64,000 nucleotides of DNA from Dudresnaya verticillata (taxonomy: Eukaryota). The stretch covers positions 744,001 to 808,000 of the forward strand of contig OZ374565.1 in assembly GCA_977862235.1 (NCBI GenBank), given 5' to 3'. Shown here in pieces: positions 37,288 to 50,991 of this stretch. The notes under the pieces are model-generated. The model did no database searches and had not been told where the DNA came from. It worked only from the letters and a program-made list of their open reading frames with translations. The stretch's first letter is position 1, and each line of letters opens with the position of its first letter. The position numbers were made by a program, and so were the translations under genes.

Positions 37288-38882
37288 TCATGATGTTTGC
37301 CGGAAGCTTGCTCGCCTAGATTGTCGCGGAGTTTTTTTTGCGTCGCCGTTGTGCGGGTAATGCGTGCCCATCATGCGACTGATATTTCCGTTTCGGTGTG
37401 TAACAGTGAGCTTGCCGACGCCATTGCAGTTGGAAACATCCAATTGCGTACGGGTTTTCTCGAGAACCGTGCGGGTGTCTACCTTCAGGTGTTGCAGAAC
37501 TGGCAACCCGGTGAGGAGGTCTTCGCAGACCAAGTCGTCGTCCGCTACGAGGAACGTTATATTTGCCAGTGCAAATGAGCCACCTGAGAGGTGTAAGACC
37601 ATATTTGGAGCAGTCCACGTTCGGCTGAAAGAGAATTTCTGCGCTTCCGTCTCGGTCTTGAGGGCAACCGATAACCATATCGGTGTAATGGCGTTGATCT
37701 TTCCGATACCGCGGATGACGGCTAGCTCGGCGAGCTTGGACGACACGATGCTGTCGTTGCTGCCGTCGTCGCAACGGCCGCTACCCTTAAGGGTGGCTTG
37801 GCCGTCGGAAACCGTTACGGAGCATGAGGGGTGGACTGTAGAGCGAGGCGCCTTGTTGGTTTGCATATTTTTTCGGCCCTTCCGCGCGCGCTGTGCCACG
37901 CGGGAAGTCCTTCCAGTAGTGGGGCTCTTACTCCGATCTGTATCAGAGAAGGAGGATGTAATGGCTCGTGTACAGCTACGTGTTAAGTACGCAGGTCCAT
38001 CCGTCGACTTGTTTGACACCAATTCGGAAAACATTTTTGTCCATCTCCATCTTGGTGGACTCGGGACAATCCTTGATGAGGTGTTTCTTCCCTTAGACTT
38101 CCAGAGACCGAACGGGCAGTCGGGCAGCGGGCGTTGAGAGCCACTATTGCTACCCTTGGTCGTACGACCTGTACCGGACGGAGTCTTGTTAGTAGAATTC
38201 CCCGATCGGTGGTGTTTGTTATTTCCGTCACGGTGTTAAGAACGCTTCTTGTTCTTTGGACCACTGTCAACCAACTGGAAGGCGTCGGACAGCTTGACGG
38301 CGTGTCGCGTGAACCTCTTGACATCTTTCTTGAGTTCATGGTGTGCGAAATCCAGATCGGATTTGAGGTGCTCTTTGAGAGACACCGGTGTCGGACTGCA
38401 GGCATAACGTGGCTGACAGCGACGTTCTGGTTGCTCTTAAGCAACCAGGAAATTCCATTACGGCGTAATAGGGAGTGGTAAGACACGAAAAGGGACTCCA
38501 TTCGGGATCGGGCGTTTTTGTCGCTCATAGCCATACGAAGTTCTTGTCCCACTAGGGTATCCAGATTCTCGAGAGTGACAGTATCCTCGGACTCCTTAGC
38601 CTTCTCAGCGAGGTAGTCCCGGAGCACCGTATCGGAAAGTTCCTCGTAGGAGTCTACGCCCTCAATAAGGTCGAGGGCGATTGCCGACTCGAGTTATTCG
38701 TGGTCAACGCAAAACATGAGGTTGACGGGACGGACTGCTTTCGTCGTGGTGTGCCCGGTAGGTGTGAGCTGCCTAGCGCGGGCTGTTACTTCCTTGCTGT
38801 ACTGATCGTACAGGCGAAGGAAAACGCGGATCGACTCCGCATCTATTCGGTTAAGACGCGGGTGATCAACCGATGTGGCCAC
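37288..38882 (-). pseudogene. gag-like and protease-like remnants of element F
   Basis: ORFs 38694-38882, 37983-38627 and 37288-38034 (CDDGSNDSIVS as a protease-site-like motif; DLLTGLPVLQHL). Confidence 0.6.
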
Positions 38883-39067
38883 AAAAGACGGGCCTTGCGT
38901 CGTGACAGGCGGCGTAGAGGATGTCTCCGATATGATGATGTCAACTCCGTTTCGGTTTGGAGCCCTGTGTGGCGATCGGTGGGTGATCGTAGCTCGCTTT
39001 CGTGAACCTTGTAGGTGACCAGGTTTGATCCGTTACGGATCGTGCACTCCTTAGTCGTAATGATCAC

Positions 39068-39329
39068 TGTGACGGCTGGAGGGGAATTCCGAGCCAGGTG
39101 ACGTGCGGTAATCTACAGGGTGAAGGCAAGAGCTTCGGCTGCGAGGGCGCGGGTTTACTGAGAGGAATCGTCCATGACGGCGTAAATACTACTGTACCGC
39201 GATGGAGTAAGCGACGGCGGAGAGTTACAGCCACGTGGCCACGCGACCACGTGGCGGACGCCGTGAGAGAATCCTCAAAGAGGTACTATCCGGTACGGTG
39301 CAGATAATAGCCATGCGCAGCTGGCTACA
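39068..39329 (-). repeat. 5' LTR of element F
   Basis: TGTGACGG...GGCTACA followed by TSD ATCTT. Confidence 0.9.
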
Positions 39330-39915
39330 ATCTTCCACAAGTCTCGATCCAGAAACCGTACCAGCGCGTTACGTCGCTTGGTCTGTTTCCTCACCAGGAG
39401 CACCGTCATTATCGTCGATGGTTTTGGTGGTCTCGTAACACAAGGAAGACGAGACACTCAGAAGCAGCTCATTAAAAATATTAGTACATGTTTATTTGTT
39501 TGTGTGCTTAGTACCCAGCTACCCCAGTCACACTCAATATTTTTATACTACTACAGTTCCACTTTTTCGAATGTCACCTCCGCAGTGTTTCCTAGAAAGC
39601 GTTCTACATTATTGATGAGTCTCAGAGCATCTTGCTCCGTGGAAGCATCCTATTAGCGAGGATTGGACTGAAGGAGCCAGAAGAGACTGCGCAATGCCTC
39701 GATTTCGTCAATCCGCCTCCCGTATATAGTCATGTTGTGATCAACAGTCTATCTCCATAGGCACCTGTCCGCCACCACCTGATGCTTTCTCTATCACTCG
39801 GCCCCACTTACAGAACTTAAGTCTCTTGATTGTTTCACCGAATCCCAGTGCACAACCACGAGCCGCGGTAGCAATGTTTCAGACGCCCAGCGTTGCTTCG
39901 CATTTAGAATTTTCT

Positions 39916-40197
39916 TCAGTTTAAATGATCGAACGCCATGAACCAGCTTGTACTCACGTATGTTCTGTATGTTCCTACATGTATCGGGAAGATACCATCT
40001 TGAGGATTTCCAGTCTCATCCACATCGGTATCAATGTATCTGAGCCGGATGGCATGTACGCTTGCCAATTTACCATCAACCGCGGACCTGAAGATGTAAG
40101 ATATCTTAGAAAGAGGCTCCTCAACTTGATACCGTCCCAGACGGGGAGAGGTTAGTTTGTTACCCTCCTCCATATAATAGCTTGAGCTATATACCAT
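39916..40197 (-). pseudogene. Fragment of a Gypsy integrase C-terminal GPY/F-like module
   Basis: KLTSPRLGRYQVEEPLSKISY...VHAIRLR resembles the KL.P...GPY.V......Y......VH...L pattern. Confidence 0.45.
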
Positions 40198-40466
40198 GTA
40201 CCTACCCCCTTTTCAAAGGAGACGCCTTCTACCACCTTATTATACTGCTTTTAGGCCTGTATATGAGCATTGATGCCTTCATAAATGAGCTGCTCGTGAC
40301 CTACCCTCAATCTAGCGGCCAATTCCTCTGGGGTTTGCGGTTCGTCATCCATGCCCATTCTTATACCTATATCTGCATCGAAATCAAAGGCATTCACTCC
40401 AAACCAAGCATTGTATGAAGTTCTGCCAGTGGCTGCGTTGGTAGTACAGTCTACAATTCGTCGGGG

Positions 40467-42150
40467 ATGCGTGGCTTCACGGAACGTAAAATAGGGCGCC
40501 TGGTCGAATTGGGAATCGAACGGTCGTTAATGACGAGCGTCGTTGCGCCCCTGGAAAGCCAAGCCGATGATACATTTTCAAAGATGAAGAGATATTTAGA
40601 AGAGGTGTCGGCGCGCCGTGACGAACGCCTGTTGGAAAAAAGGGAACAAGAGATTGAATCCCAATTCCTCTTGGAAGAGGATTAGAAGAAGAATGGGTCG
40701 AAACCCTGCAAGCACAAATAGATTCACAGGGCGACCAGTAGGACAAAATCTATGGAAATATGCATACGTTGACCAAAGTTACCAGTCTTACTCGAGAACA
40801 ATACTTACCGGCTATTGAAGAAATTCGTAGAAATGTATACGACACCCGGTGTCGAACAAGACAGAGCTATCGAGCTCTTAAGACAAGAGTTGGATGCAGA
40901 AAAGCGGAACATAACGTTACTGGAAGCGAAGATGGGGTGATGCAGTCGTTAGAGGGTTTTAATCCCTGAGGTTGAGAGGCGACGCTCCCCCATGCCCCCT
41001 GGTACGTGAGACCGTCGCAGAACGTCTCCGAGATGTGAATCGGACGGGGAGTCTGGTGAAGATGACTTTGGTTGTAGGATGTTCAGACACCCCCAGTGTG
41101 ATTGTCGATCATCGCACGATCCCACCGTATGTAGTAATCAGCGAGGCTCCCGTCAAGACCAGCTTTCAAGCCGTACGTTTGAGGTCCAGAAGCAAGGAGA
41201 GGACAGGGTGACCTATGGGATGCGGCTGGCCGGGGCATGTATTCGTTTCGGTAACGTGTATCCCGATTTGGAGAAGATGACACTGTGCATCTACGGGTTA
41301 GACCCGTCGATCAGGTCACTCGTGGCTCGCTTTCGAGAAGAAACGCCAAGGGAGAAATTGTCATTTGAGCGGTAGGTCCACTTCGCACAGGGCGAAGGGG
41401 ATGCCAACAGCGCACGACACGGCAGGGCCGGCTGTACGTCAGCACGACGAGACATACTGATACCGGCTCAAACCGCACGCGCGTCGCACCCCGCCATCGG
41501 CGATGCCCGAGGAGTACTGCGTCAACAGACGCGAGGCGCAAATCCCGGAATTCGCGCTATAATAGCGGAGTCTTCCATAGAGTTCCGAGACGTTAGCCAT
41601 CCCGTCGATGACATGGAAACACACGCCGATGACGATTTCTACTTGGCAGACGAACAAGCGTTGGTGCCAACTTCGGCTTTACCGACGGACAGCTACGTCG
41701 AAGACGAAGAAACCACGGGCATAGACCCCGGTCTCGCCTTTGGGCGCTCGGTCGTACCCGCGCCACGCGTTCCAAATTCCGAGTATGCCCCGCACGTTCA
41801 CCGGGCAAGGCCCGGATGGCAGGACCGAGGTCCGCTCCGTCAAGACGCTCGTCGGCAGCTGGCATGACATCAATATTACGCTCGCGGGGATATCGTGCCG
41901 GACTGCTTCCTCCACATGAGCGAATTCATGAAGGTTATTACCAGTCATGAAGGACTAACCGACGTCGAGAAGGCTGGTGCCCCGCTGATGCGTATGTACG
42001 TTGTAAGGAACTCGCGACTCGCGAAGCTGCCCGCCGTGCTGCATGAACGCAATCGCCACGAGGCAGACCCATGCCGCAGGCGGCAGAACGTCACCCGACG
42101 ATGATCAATCGCTACGAGCGCCACAACCACCGCCGGAGGCGAAAAACTAA
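40467..42150 (+). pseudogene. gag: gag of element C (decayed, apparently internally deleted)
   Basis: QADDTFSKMKRYLEEVSARRDERLL aligns with A gag QADETLTRVKRYIDESAGRRDERIL. Confidence 0.7.
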
Positions 42151-42332
42151 CCCGGATACCAAATCCTGATACTAGGGTGTCGCACCGTGAAGAGAGGCCT
42201 AGGACTCGGTGCTGACACGGAAGGAGGGCCCGAAGTCTGTTAATGATGACGCCAACGGGCGGATGGAGTCGTCTCAGACGTCATTAAAACGCCCATGGCG
42301 AAGGTACGAGCCCCCTTCAGGCGCAGGGACAG

Positions 42333-45300
42333 TTGTTCGTAATGGCCAAGAGGAACTACAACGTGTACGCCGACTTGGGCGCAACCGTTAGGAGCTTGGA
42401 ACGTAAACTCACTGTCCTCGACACAGGGGCTGGTCCGAATTTCATTCGCATTGACGACATTCCGCTGGAAGCGCGATCACGTATTGTGGCAAAGAGCCTC
42501 CCCGTCATAGCAGACACCAACAACAGGGCGATCCAGACAAGATGTACCATCGACCTGGTCGCTCGTCTGGGACGGCGGATCGTCAAGTTGGAACTGGTCG
42601 TTTGTGAACGGCACGCTACGCCGGTTATACTCGGTTGTGACTTTTGCGACCGCTTTGTCGAAGCGATTTATCCGCGAAGTCGCGAGGTTGAATTGGATGA
42701 CGGGACTCGTGTCCCTATAACGCGCCGCCCCCTGCGCCGAATCCCGTCGTATCCTCCGTTACCAACGGAACAAGAATACGGCAAGACCGAAAGAAGAACG
42801 TCGCCCAAGATACGAGCAACAGAGCGTGCGATCACGCCGAACCAGGCGCAGCAATGGATATCGGGACCACCGAACGCGCCGGTGTCATTACAATTTAACC
42901 GTTCGGAAGGCTGTACGACAAACAAGGTCCGGCCATTACGAAGGGCATCGCTCAAGTGGAGCCGCTAAAAGCGTTTTGCATTTTGGTCGCCAACTTCTCC
43001 CCCCACCCACAGGCGCTGGCCAGGGCCAAGTCATCGCGACGGCGTAGCCACATCCGACAGCAGTGTTCCCCAGTCACGTAAGTCTAGCCCATGTTTTGGG
43101 CCTCACCGAGGAACAGGCAGAGGAGGAGAAAGTAAACAAAGATTTCCGTTTTCAAACGAATGATGACATCACGGCACAGACGGATACCTTCACGAAGTCT
43201 ATCGAGGCAACCATTGCCAAGCCTCCGTCAGTAGACGATTTGGACCTGGGACATCTCCCTGTCGAGCATCAAGGCCGATTCAAAGAGATGTTACGCAAGT
43301 AATCCTCAATGTGGGACGGTTCATTGGGAGAAATCGCAACCACGGAGCACTACATCGACTTGCGTCCCAGCTCTAGACCGATATCATCCCAGCCTTACCG
43401 AGCGGGGCCGAAGCAAAGACACCTCGCTCAAGCGGAAGTGGACCGCATGATGCGTGAAGGGGTCATCGAACCTGCACAATCGCCGTGGGCGTCACCAGTG
43501 GTGTTTGGCCCCAAGAAGGACGGGACCCTCCGTTTTTGCGTAGAATATCGGCGTTTAAACGCAGTAACTGTACGGGATACGTACCCGCTTCCGTGTATCG
43601 ACGAGTGCATTGACCGTCTAGGGGAGGCAAACGTCTTCAACACCCTAGACTGTAACAGTGGGTACTGGCAGGTGGCGATCAATCTGCGAGACCGCGATAA
43701 GACTGCTTTCAGGTGCCATGCCGGACTGTTTCGCTACAAGCGCATGCCTTTTGGTCTCACGAACGCACCCGCTACGTTTCAACGGACGCTTGACATCCTG
43801 CTCGCTGGTAAGAAGTGGCGTTCATGCCTCGTCTACCTTGACGACTTAATAATCTTCTCAAGCGACATCGACAGCCATTTCTGTCACGTTGACGAGATCC
43901 TATCGACCCTACATCGAGCCGGGGTGACTCTGAAGTTGACCAAGTTTGACGTCTTCACCCCAACCATCAACTGCTTGGATCATGTCATACGTCCAGGACG
44001 ACTGGAAGTCGATCGAACTGTCATTGCCGCGCTGCGCGAAGCCAAGTATCCACGGGATCAGAAGGAGCTATGGGGCTTTCTCGGCCTGCATAACGTCTAC
44101 AGACGGGTTGTGTCGCGATACGCGCACGCTGCTGCACCCCGCAACAAGTTGTTGAGGAAGGAGCAAGACTTCCGGTTGTCACCGTTCAATGGGGCACAAG
44201 CCAAAGCATTCAACACTCTCATCAAGGCTGTGACCAACCCGCCCATTCTGGCGTTACCACAGCAGGGCCTACCCTACTGCGTCGATTGTGACGCTAGCGA
44301 GTATCAAGTCGGCTACGGTCTCTTTCAAACGCATCCCGACGGTGAGCGGAAGCCACGCGGCTTCTGGCCTCGCCCACTCACCGCTCCAGAGCGTAACTGC
44401 TCGGTCTCCGAGAAGGAGTGCCTCGCAGTAGTATGGTCCGTCATAACGCTGCGACCTTACCTCCAGATGGAGTCATTCACCGTTCACACGGATAATTCGT
44501 CGTTGAGGTGGCTGATGGAAATCACCGACCCGTCTAGACGGTTAATGAAGTGGCGACTTCGCCTTTCCGAGTTCGACCTCGTCGTGAAATACAAAAAGGG
44601 GTACCTTGAATACTCCTGCAGATGCCCTTTTACGGCTACAGACGAAGGGGAAACCGTCGAACCAATTGACGATGATATACCATGCTATCACGGAAGCTAC
44701 GTTGAAGAGGAACACCATACGTTGGAAGACGATTTGTCAGACGAAGAAGTCGACTTCTCCGAACGAGAGTTCGAAGATATCGACCAAGTGTTGATCAACA
44801 ACACGCCACAGGCGGATGAGGTACTCCTACTTCTAGTGACGCACGAAGAGTTGGTACGTGCGCAAGGCAATGAACAATATGGTTCCGAAATCCGGAAACG
44901 TCTGGACGACGGAAGCTCTTTACCGTTCGCAACGGATGCACAGTGCCTGTTGGTCCGAACAGTGGAAGTCCGCCCACAAGTGGTCGTACCATCCGCGTTG
45001 CGCGCTCGCTTACTCTACCTCTGGCACCACGCCAAGTTGGCGGGGCACCCAGGGGCGGAAGTTATATCATACGCTTCGACGCGAATATTATTGGCCGTCG
45101 ATGCCGGTTGACTGTTACGCGACCGTCAGCAACTGCGTAACTTGCGCTAAGAACCGCGTACTGACGCGAAGGAACGCAAAGGGGCTGAATTTGGTCCCGG
45201 GCACTGAGCCTCTCGAGTTCATGTCGATCGACATCCTGGGCCAGCTCATACACACGAAGCGGGGAAATAAATTCCTACTCGTCATCGTGGACCGATTTTC

Positions 45301-46853
45301 GAAGCTGGTCCGGACGGTTCCCCTGCGTAAGATTACGGAATTGGAAATCGCTAAGGCGTTTGTTCGATATTGGGTGTTCGTGTATGGTCCCCCCAATAAA
45401 CTACTGTCCGACAACTGATCACAAATTGTGGCCGAACTTTTCCAGGACATCTGTAGCCTCCTGGGAGTGGAGAACCTCTTCACCACCACGTACCACCCGC
45501 AGTGTAACGGCCAGGTGGAACGATTTAATCGTACCATCCTCAACTCGCTGCGACATAGCGTATTATCCAAGGTACTGGGACCTATTCACGGACGCCCTGA
45601 CCTTCGAATACAACACGCAGTTGCATTCCTCTAACCACCTTGCCCCGTTCGAGTCGGTGCTGTATACGCCTCCACCACCGTTGTCGCTCCAAGCGGAACC
45701 GTCGCTTAAAAACGTGCCCACTGTCGAGGAAGACTACACCAAGTGGCGAACTTGGCTGGCCGCACTGATGGGGTTTGTTAAAGCGTCCCCAGAGAAAATG
45801 CAAGCACGTTACAAACGGAACTTTGATACCGGACCGAGGAAGCCGAAGTACAAGATCGTCGTAGGCGATTTCGTATTCGTACGAAAGGCGTACTTCGCCC
45901 GAGGCGGTGGAATCGGTCGCGCAGAGCGCAAGCACAAACTGGTGCCGGTGCCGGACGGTCCGTACCGAGTGACACACGTTGATGATGATACCGTGACAGT
46001 CGACAAGGGATGTGAAGAACGTGAACGTTTATCTCGAGACCGCGTGGTGTGGGCACCAACCCCACCAGGGCAGGTGGCCCATTCAATCGTACCCCCACCA
46101 GGTCCGCCATTGGAACAAGGCACCCCCGACCCCACGTCAACAGACGAGGAGGTGGCTAACCCTGTTACATCGACGGCGGACCAGGCAAATAACGCAGGGA
46201 CAACACGGATCGCGGGAGGTTCGCAGGAGCGCATGATTGCGACACCGAGCAACCGTGGGTTATCCGAGCGTACGCCATTCGCGGCCGACCCGCACAAGTA
46301 CTCTTCGCAATCCGTCTCTGACGATGAACGAAGTCCGGGAATCCGCACTCGTTTGGAACACGCCTCTGCGGCACAGCCGACGACCAACGTTGGCCCCGCT
46401 CCAAGCGCGTCGGATGCTGATGACGAAAACGGTGCGAAAACTAACGAACGCGCTGCAAGAGATAGACTCTTCCAAGGACGCAGCAAAACGGTAACCGCTG
46501 AACGAACGTCGGAGGCCAAAGGCCAGCGCCTTAGGCGATTAACCCGTCGAGTACGATTCGCCGACCCGGTACAGAAGCCCATCACGCAACAAGACGAACC
46601 ACCAAAGGCGCTGGAAGGGCACAAGTCCAAGGCGATCGCTGTGAGCGGGAAGGAATAAGTTATCGAACCTATCGAGTCGCACGCACATGCGGAAGATGGC
46701 GAGGTCTTATACCACATCAAGTGGTTTGGGTACCCCGCCTCAGCGAACACCTGGGAACCAGTCTCCAGTTTGCCGTGATCGTACGTCTTACGGTACCACC
46801 GTCAGAAACGCACAGGCCTACCGCCAAACATTGATGGCGCTCAGCGCGAATAA
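42333..46853 (+). pseudogene. pol: pol of element C (PR-RT-RH-INT-chromodomain), several stops and frameshifts
   Basis: LDTGAGPNFI, YLDD, DCDASE, GHPG, IDILG, SDN, NGQVERFN, GPY. Chromodomain E*VIEPI...YHIKWFGYPASANTWEP from 46653. Confidence 0.95.
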
Positions 46854-48240
46854 CCCTAATCAGGGTACAACGCTGGAAGCGAACGGAATGAAGATCGATA
46901 TCGCATGCGCGAGTTACGGTCCCCAAAGGCGTAGAAGGCCAGCTCGTGGCATGTGGACGCGGCCGCACCCGCTGTAGCGACAGATAGGTGCGCACGTCAT
47001 GGAAGGGCATGGATGCAAGTCGCTGCGACATTGACGGCCGCGCCTACGGGCACCTCGACGGGCCCCCATACAGGAGCCCTAGATTGGAGCGTGCCTGAAA
47101 GTGGGTGCAGATCGCAAATCGAGGTACGCACCCTACCAATCGGTTAATGGGAACAAAATGTGTCCGGACAATTTTTGATTGACCAACATGGCGAGGCGGA
47201 CTGCCCAAAAATCAACGATGCGACGGACACAATAATTCCAAGTGGCTAAGCAGGTGCTACGAGCACCAGCGACGACAGGCGCAAATGGAATCGCGCAACG
47301 ACCGTCTCCGACGTCACGGCCAACGTTCGCACCGCTACCAAGTCCCTGGGACCGTCACCCTACCGGCCACGGCTGCGCACGAACACACGCGCCCAACGTC
47401 TCCGACGTAACGCGCAAAGAAAGGGCGCGCCGACGAACCCACCGAAAGGGTGGAATGTGGTCGAAGACGCAGTTGTCGTGGGTTCCGTGTAAGATGCGCC
47501 AACAAATCCCGAAATGGCTCCGCCGCTTGGCCTGGCCGTCACGACCACGGTCGCACGACGGCGACCATTCCCCACCCCCAAAGGAGAACGTCAGAGACGA
47601 AAGGAGCAGCAAAGCCAAGTCGTAAGCACATCCGGGTGCACCTACCTCACCGTCGTTGCGGTTCTCGTCGACGACGCTGCACAAAACAATACGCTGTAAC
47701 AGCGACGATAGGAGTGACCATAAGGGTACAACCCACCCCACCTACAATCAACCAATCCTAGGGCGCGCCGCGACATATGCGGAGCAAAAACGGTCAGTCA
47801 GCGGAAACGGGCCTTCCCCGAACAACGTCTGTTGACTATCATCGTCGTTTTACAACGAGAGAGCAAGGTGCCGCCACCTAACTACCACACGTGCAACACG
47901 AACGAACAACGCAACTCGCGGCTAAGACTAATGGTATCACACGCCAACGCTATTGTAGCGGGAATCGAGGAAACGACGCGAAGCCGAAGTGGGACCACCC
48001 TAAGAACGAGGCGAGACGCGACGCAGAAAGACGCTGACAATGGTCGCGTTTACTGGGCTAAAGAAGAAGGGACGACCCCCGCGCCCTTGCTAACGACCAC
48101 TGCAGCTAACACGTCACAATGACTGCGACACTAGCCTTCAACGGCGAATGGGAACAACCGCCGCTCATCGACCCCGAAGAGGAGTCAAACAGCGTCACAG
48201 TACGCACTCTCGCGTCCGCTACCCGTATCTAGAAGCGATA

Positions 48241-50524
48241 TCAAGTACCTTTCGTCGCAGACGAGTTTGCTGGGACAACCTCAGCATCAACCTCAGCGGA
48301 TTCGCGCAACGCCTCTTCATAGAGGTCTTCCTCCGTCGTAGACGGTAAACCCGCTGCCGGAGCAGGGACAGACCGCAAGGGCACCGCCACTACAACTGCC
48401 GGAGTGATCGCGACAGGTGCCACAGGCGAAGGAGGCAACTCAAGAACCGCCGTCGGCGTCGTCGCTAGAGTACCCGCTACAGGCGATGGAGCAACTACAG
48501 CCGCCGCAGGCGTAGAGTTCAACTCATCACTGACCTTTGACGCCGACCCAGAACCAACCGCCTTTGGCGTAAGCACAGAAACCGCCTCGATAGGCGTCAC
48601 ATCCACACTCGCCTTTGGCGCTATTGGCTCTACGCCCGTCGCTGACACAGGAGCACCTGGTTCCTTTTGGACCGTCGAAGACGTTATAGCAGCATTTGAT
48701 TTGCTCGCCGCAGACGATACAGTAACCATAGCGTCTTCAGACGCTGGAACATTCGCCTTAGGCGATGGCGGCTTTTCAGCCATACCTTCTTTTGACGCAG
48801 AGCCTACCACAACAGTCGGTTCCCGCGCGGACCCGCCCTGGGGTGGCAACACAACCGATAAGGACTGGCTCACCCACTCCGTGGGCGAGCCGTTCAAACC
48901 GCTAGTAGCGACACCAGTAGCTTGCAATAACGCGGGGACTGTACGGCGCTGTTCTTCGGTCCAGACCGGCACACCAAGAGCCTTCCCTGAACCATCTAGG
49001 ACGCTTGATGCTCCGCCTTCTGGAATTACGGTCAGGGGTGGCTCCGACACTGGCACATCCATAATGAATTCACCCTCATCATCAACAACGGGCGACGCAA
49101 GGTCCAAGGGCGCAACAGCTGGTACACCAGTTGACACCGCACCCACCGCAGGAGGCTCCGTGGGCAACGTCGTGGACGGGGCAGCAGCTCCAGCAACGGA
49201 CTCAAGTAGCAAATAGTCGTCCCAGACGAGGTACCCGGTCCGCCGTTGGCGTGAAAAGCATCCTCTTCCGCCATAAAGGCGCGCAAATGAGGAGGAAAAT
49301 CACCGACAAAGTCGCAGTTCTTACGCAAACCACGCGGGTGATTACCCGGTGTGAAGCTATCAGTCCTGCGATGGCTTTCCGCAATGTTCTTCGTCGTCCG
49401 GCGTTTTGTCCAAGGATTATGCCAAATCCAATCGCCACAGGCAGAATGAGTGAGACTTATCGCGTATCGCAGACGATTCTCCTTACGGGGGTGTTGGTTG
49501 ACGGCACGGCAACCGGGTCGTTTCAATCAATATCATCCGAAACAGAGCGTAAGTCCCAGAACTCCTGACAGTTCTGTGAACCACCGAGTATTTAGACTAA
49601 GTCGAGGCCACCAAGAAGGGCGACCACACGCGGCGGTAAGTGGTACATACGAAAGGGGTCATACACCTCCCGTAACCAAGTGTATAGTACGTTGGCCACC
49701 CACTCTGTGTAGAACGCTATCCAATATCTCGAGGACTACGGTGGCCACCCACTTGGTGTAGGACGCTACCCAATATCTCGAATACGGGTCTGTCATCAGT
49801 TCGGAACCAAGATACGTGACACACGGGGGGAGCTCTGCTGCGAAACCTTCGCATATCTCGAACTCACGCCACACAGGCGGCACCTTCACAAAACAGTGGG
49901 GTAACTTCGCGCAATGCGGTCGACCTGCATGTCATGATAAGGTACAAACACGCCCTTTCGGTGACGCGTTTCATATTCCCAACGGATACGACGCTCCCAA
50001 AAGAACGTACCCGTTCAATGCAGATAACGAAAACACGCTTTCAAGAGTACACCTAAGAGGTAAGCCTCTTGCAAAACGCGAGGCGCAATCGACACGCTCA
50101 CGTGTTTGAGCGATAACGTCCCAAGAAGACCACCATATTCGGTCTCGCCGTCTGTTCGATATTGCCCCGCGTCAAAGTTGAAGACGGTCGGCGTTAACGC
50201 CGACCTGGGGTAGCGCTTGAATCGCCGATAGACGTCCGAGAGGAAACGAGCATGGACATCCGCACGCGACAGTCCAGCTCGGACCCAAAGCCATTCCGGA
50301 GGAACGGCACAGTGCAACTTCCACTCCGACGTCCAGACCACGCCAAGGGGCAGGCCCCGGCAAGAATCCGCTAGTAGCGTAATGAGCAACCAATGTGTCG
50401 CTGCGCAAAGCCTCCTGGTCGAACCAGGGCCCCGCGCGAAGAAATGCCCGTGATCGTGAGGATTCTTACCGACGAAGTCGACAGGCGATGCGTATACTGG
50501 CACCGCCACCTGCATGCCATTCAA
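48241..50524 (-). pseudogene. Antisense accessory ORF of element C (disrupted)
   Basis: Reconstructed core VPPVWREFEI...LPPCVTYLGSEL...YWIAFYTEWVANVLYTWLREVYDPFRMYHLPPRVVALL, followed by a 323-aa Ala/Pro/Val/Ser/Thr-rich tail. 5' end uncertain. Confidence 0.75.
49688..49781. repeat. Imperfect tandem duplication, period 49 bp
   Basis: TACGTTGGCCACCCACTCTGTGTAGAACGCTATCCAATATCTCGA and TACGGTGGCCACCCACTTGGTGTAGGACGCTACCCAATATCTCGA. Confidence 0.9.
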
Positions 50525-50979
50525 TATCGGTATATCGTCGAAGACGAGGATACGTTAGTGCCGCTGGTGATGAATGCAAGAACGTCAAAGACAACTACTG
50601 TCCAACGCCACTGGCGAAAGTCTCACATACGTATGTCAAAGACGATTACTGTTCGGCGCCACAGGCGAGGAAAAGATCTGCGTCAACGACGTTCAGTTGC
50701 AACGCCACAGGCGATACGCAAAAAGAGGATAACGTCAGTGACGGTTGAGTCGCGCGGCGCCAGAAGACGAGGGAACCTGAACGACGTCAACGACGGGAAT
50801 CGGAACGTGCCGCGGGCGGTGATGTCGGAGAGCGCAAGCGACGCAGCACGCGCGGAGTCAGACGGCACAGCCGGAGTCGCAATCGCACACGCGGGAACGC
50901 CAAGACAAAGGCGCAGGAGCGGACGAGGTCTAAAAGGCGGCGCGCAGCAACAAGTTGACGGTCGGACGCGTTGGAGTTT

Positions 50980-50991
50980 GGAAGGGGGTCG
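50980..50991 (+). promoter_or_regulatory. Polypurine tract of element C
   Basis: GGAAGGGGGTCG directly before TGTGATGCAA; resembles the PPT of B (AAGGAGGGGGGTC). Confidence 0.7.

Larger units (their letters stand above)
35670..39329 (-). mobile_element. Element F: internally deleted Ty3/Gypsy element (3,660 bp) with short LTRs
   Basis: 262-bp TG...CA LTRs, TSD ATCTT (35665-35669 and 39330-39334), PPT beside the left LTR. gag-like and protease-like remnants, no recognisable RT core. Confidence 0.88.

Noticed and set aside
45809..49216. Long opposite-strand ORFs 45809-46750 (-) and 48404-49216 (+); likewise 61052-61786 and 27942-28676
   Set aside because: Shadow frames of low-complexity or transposon coding sequence with no motifs of their own.
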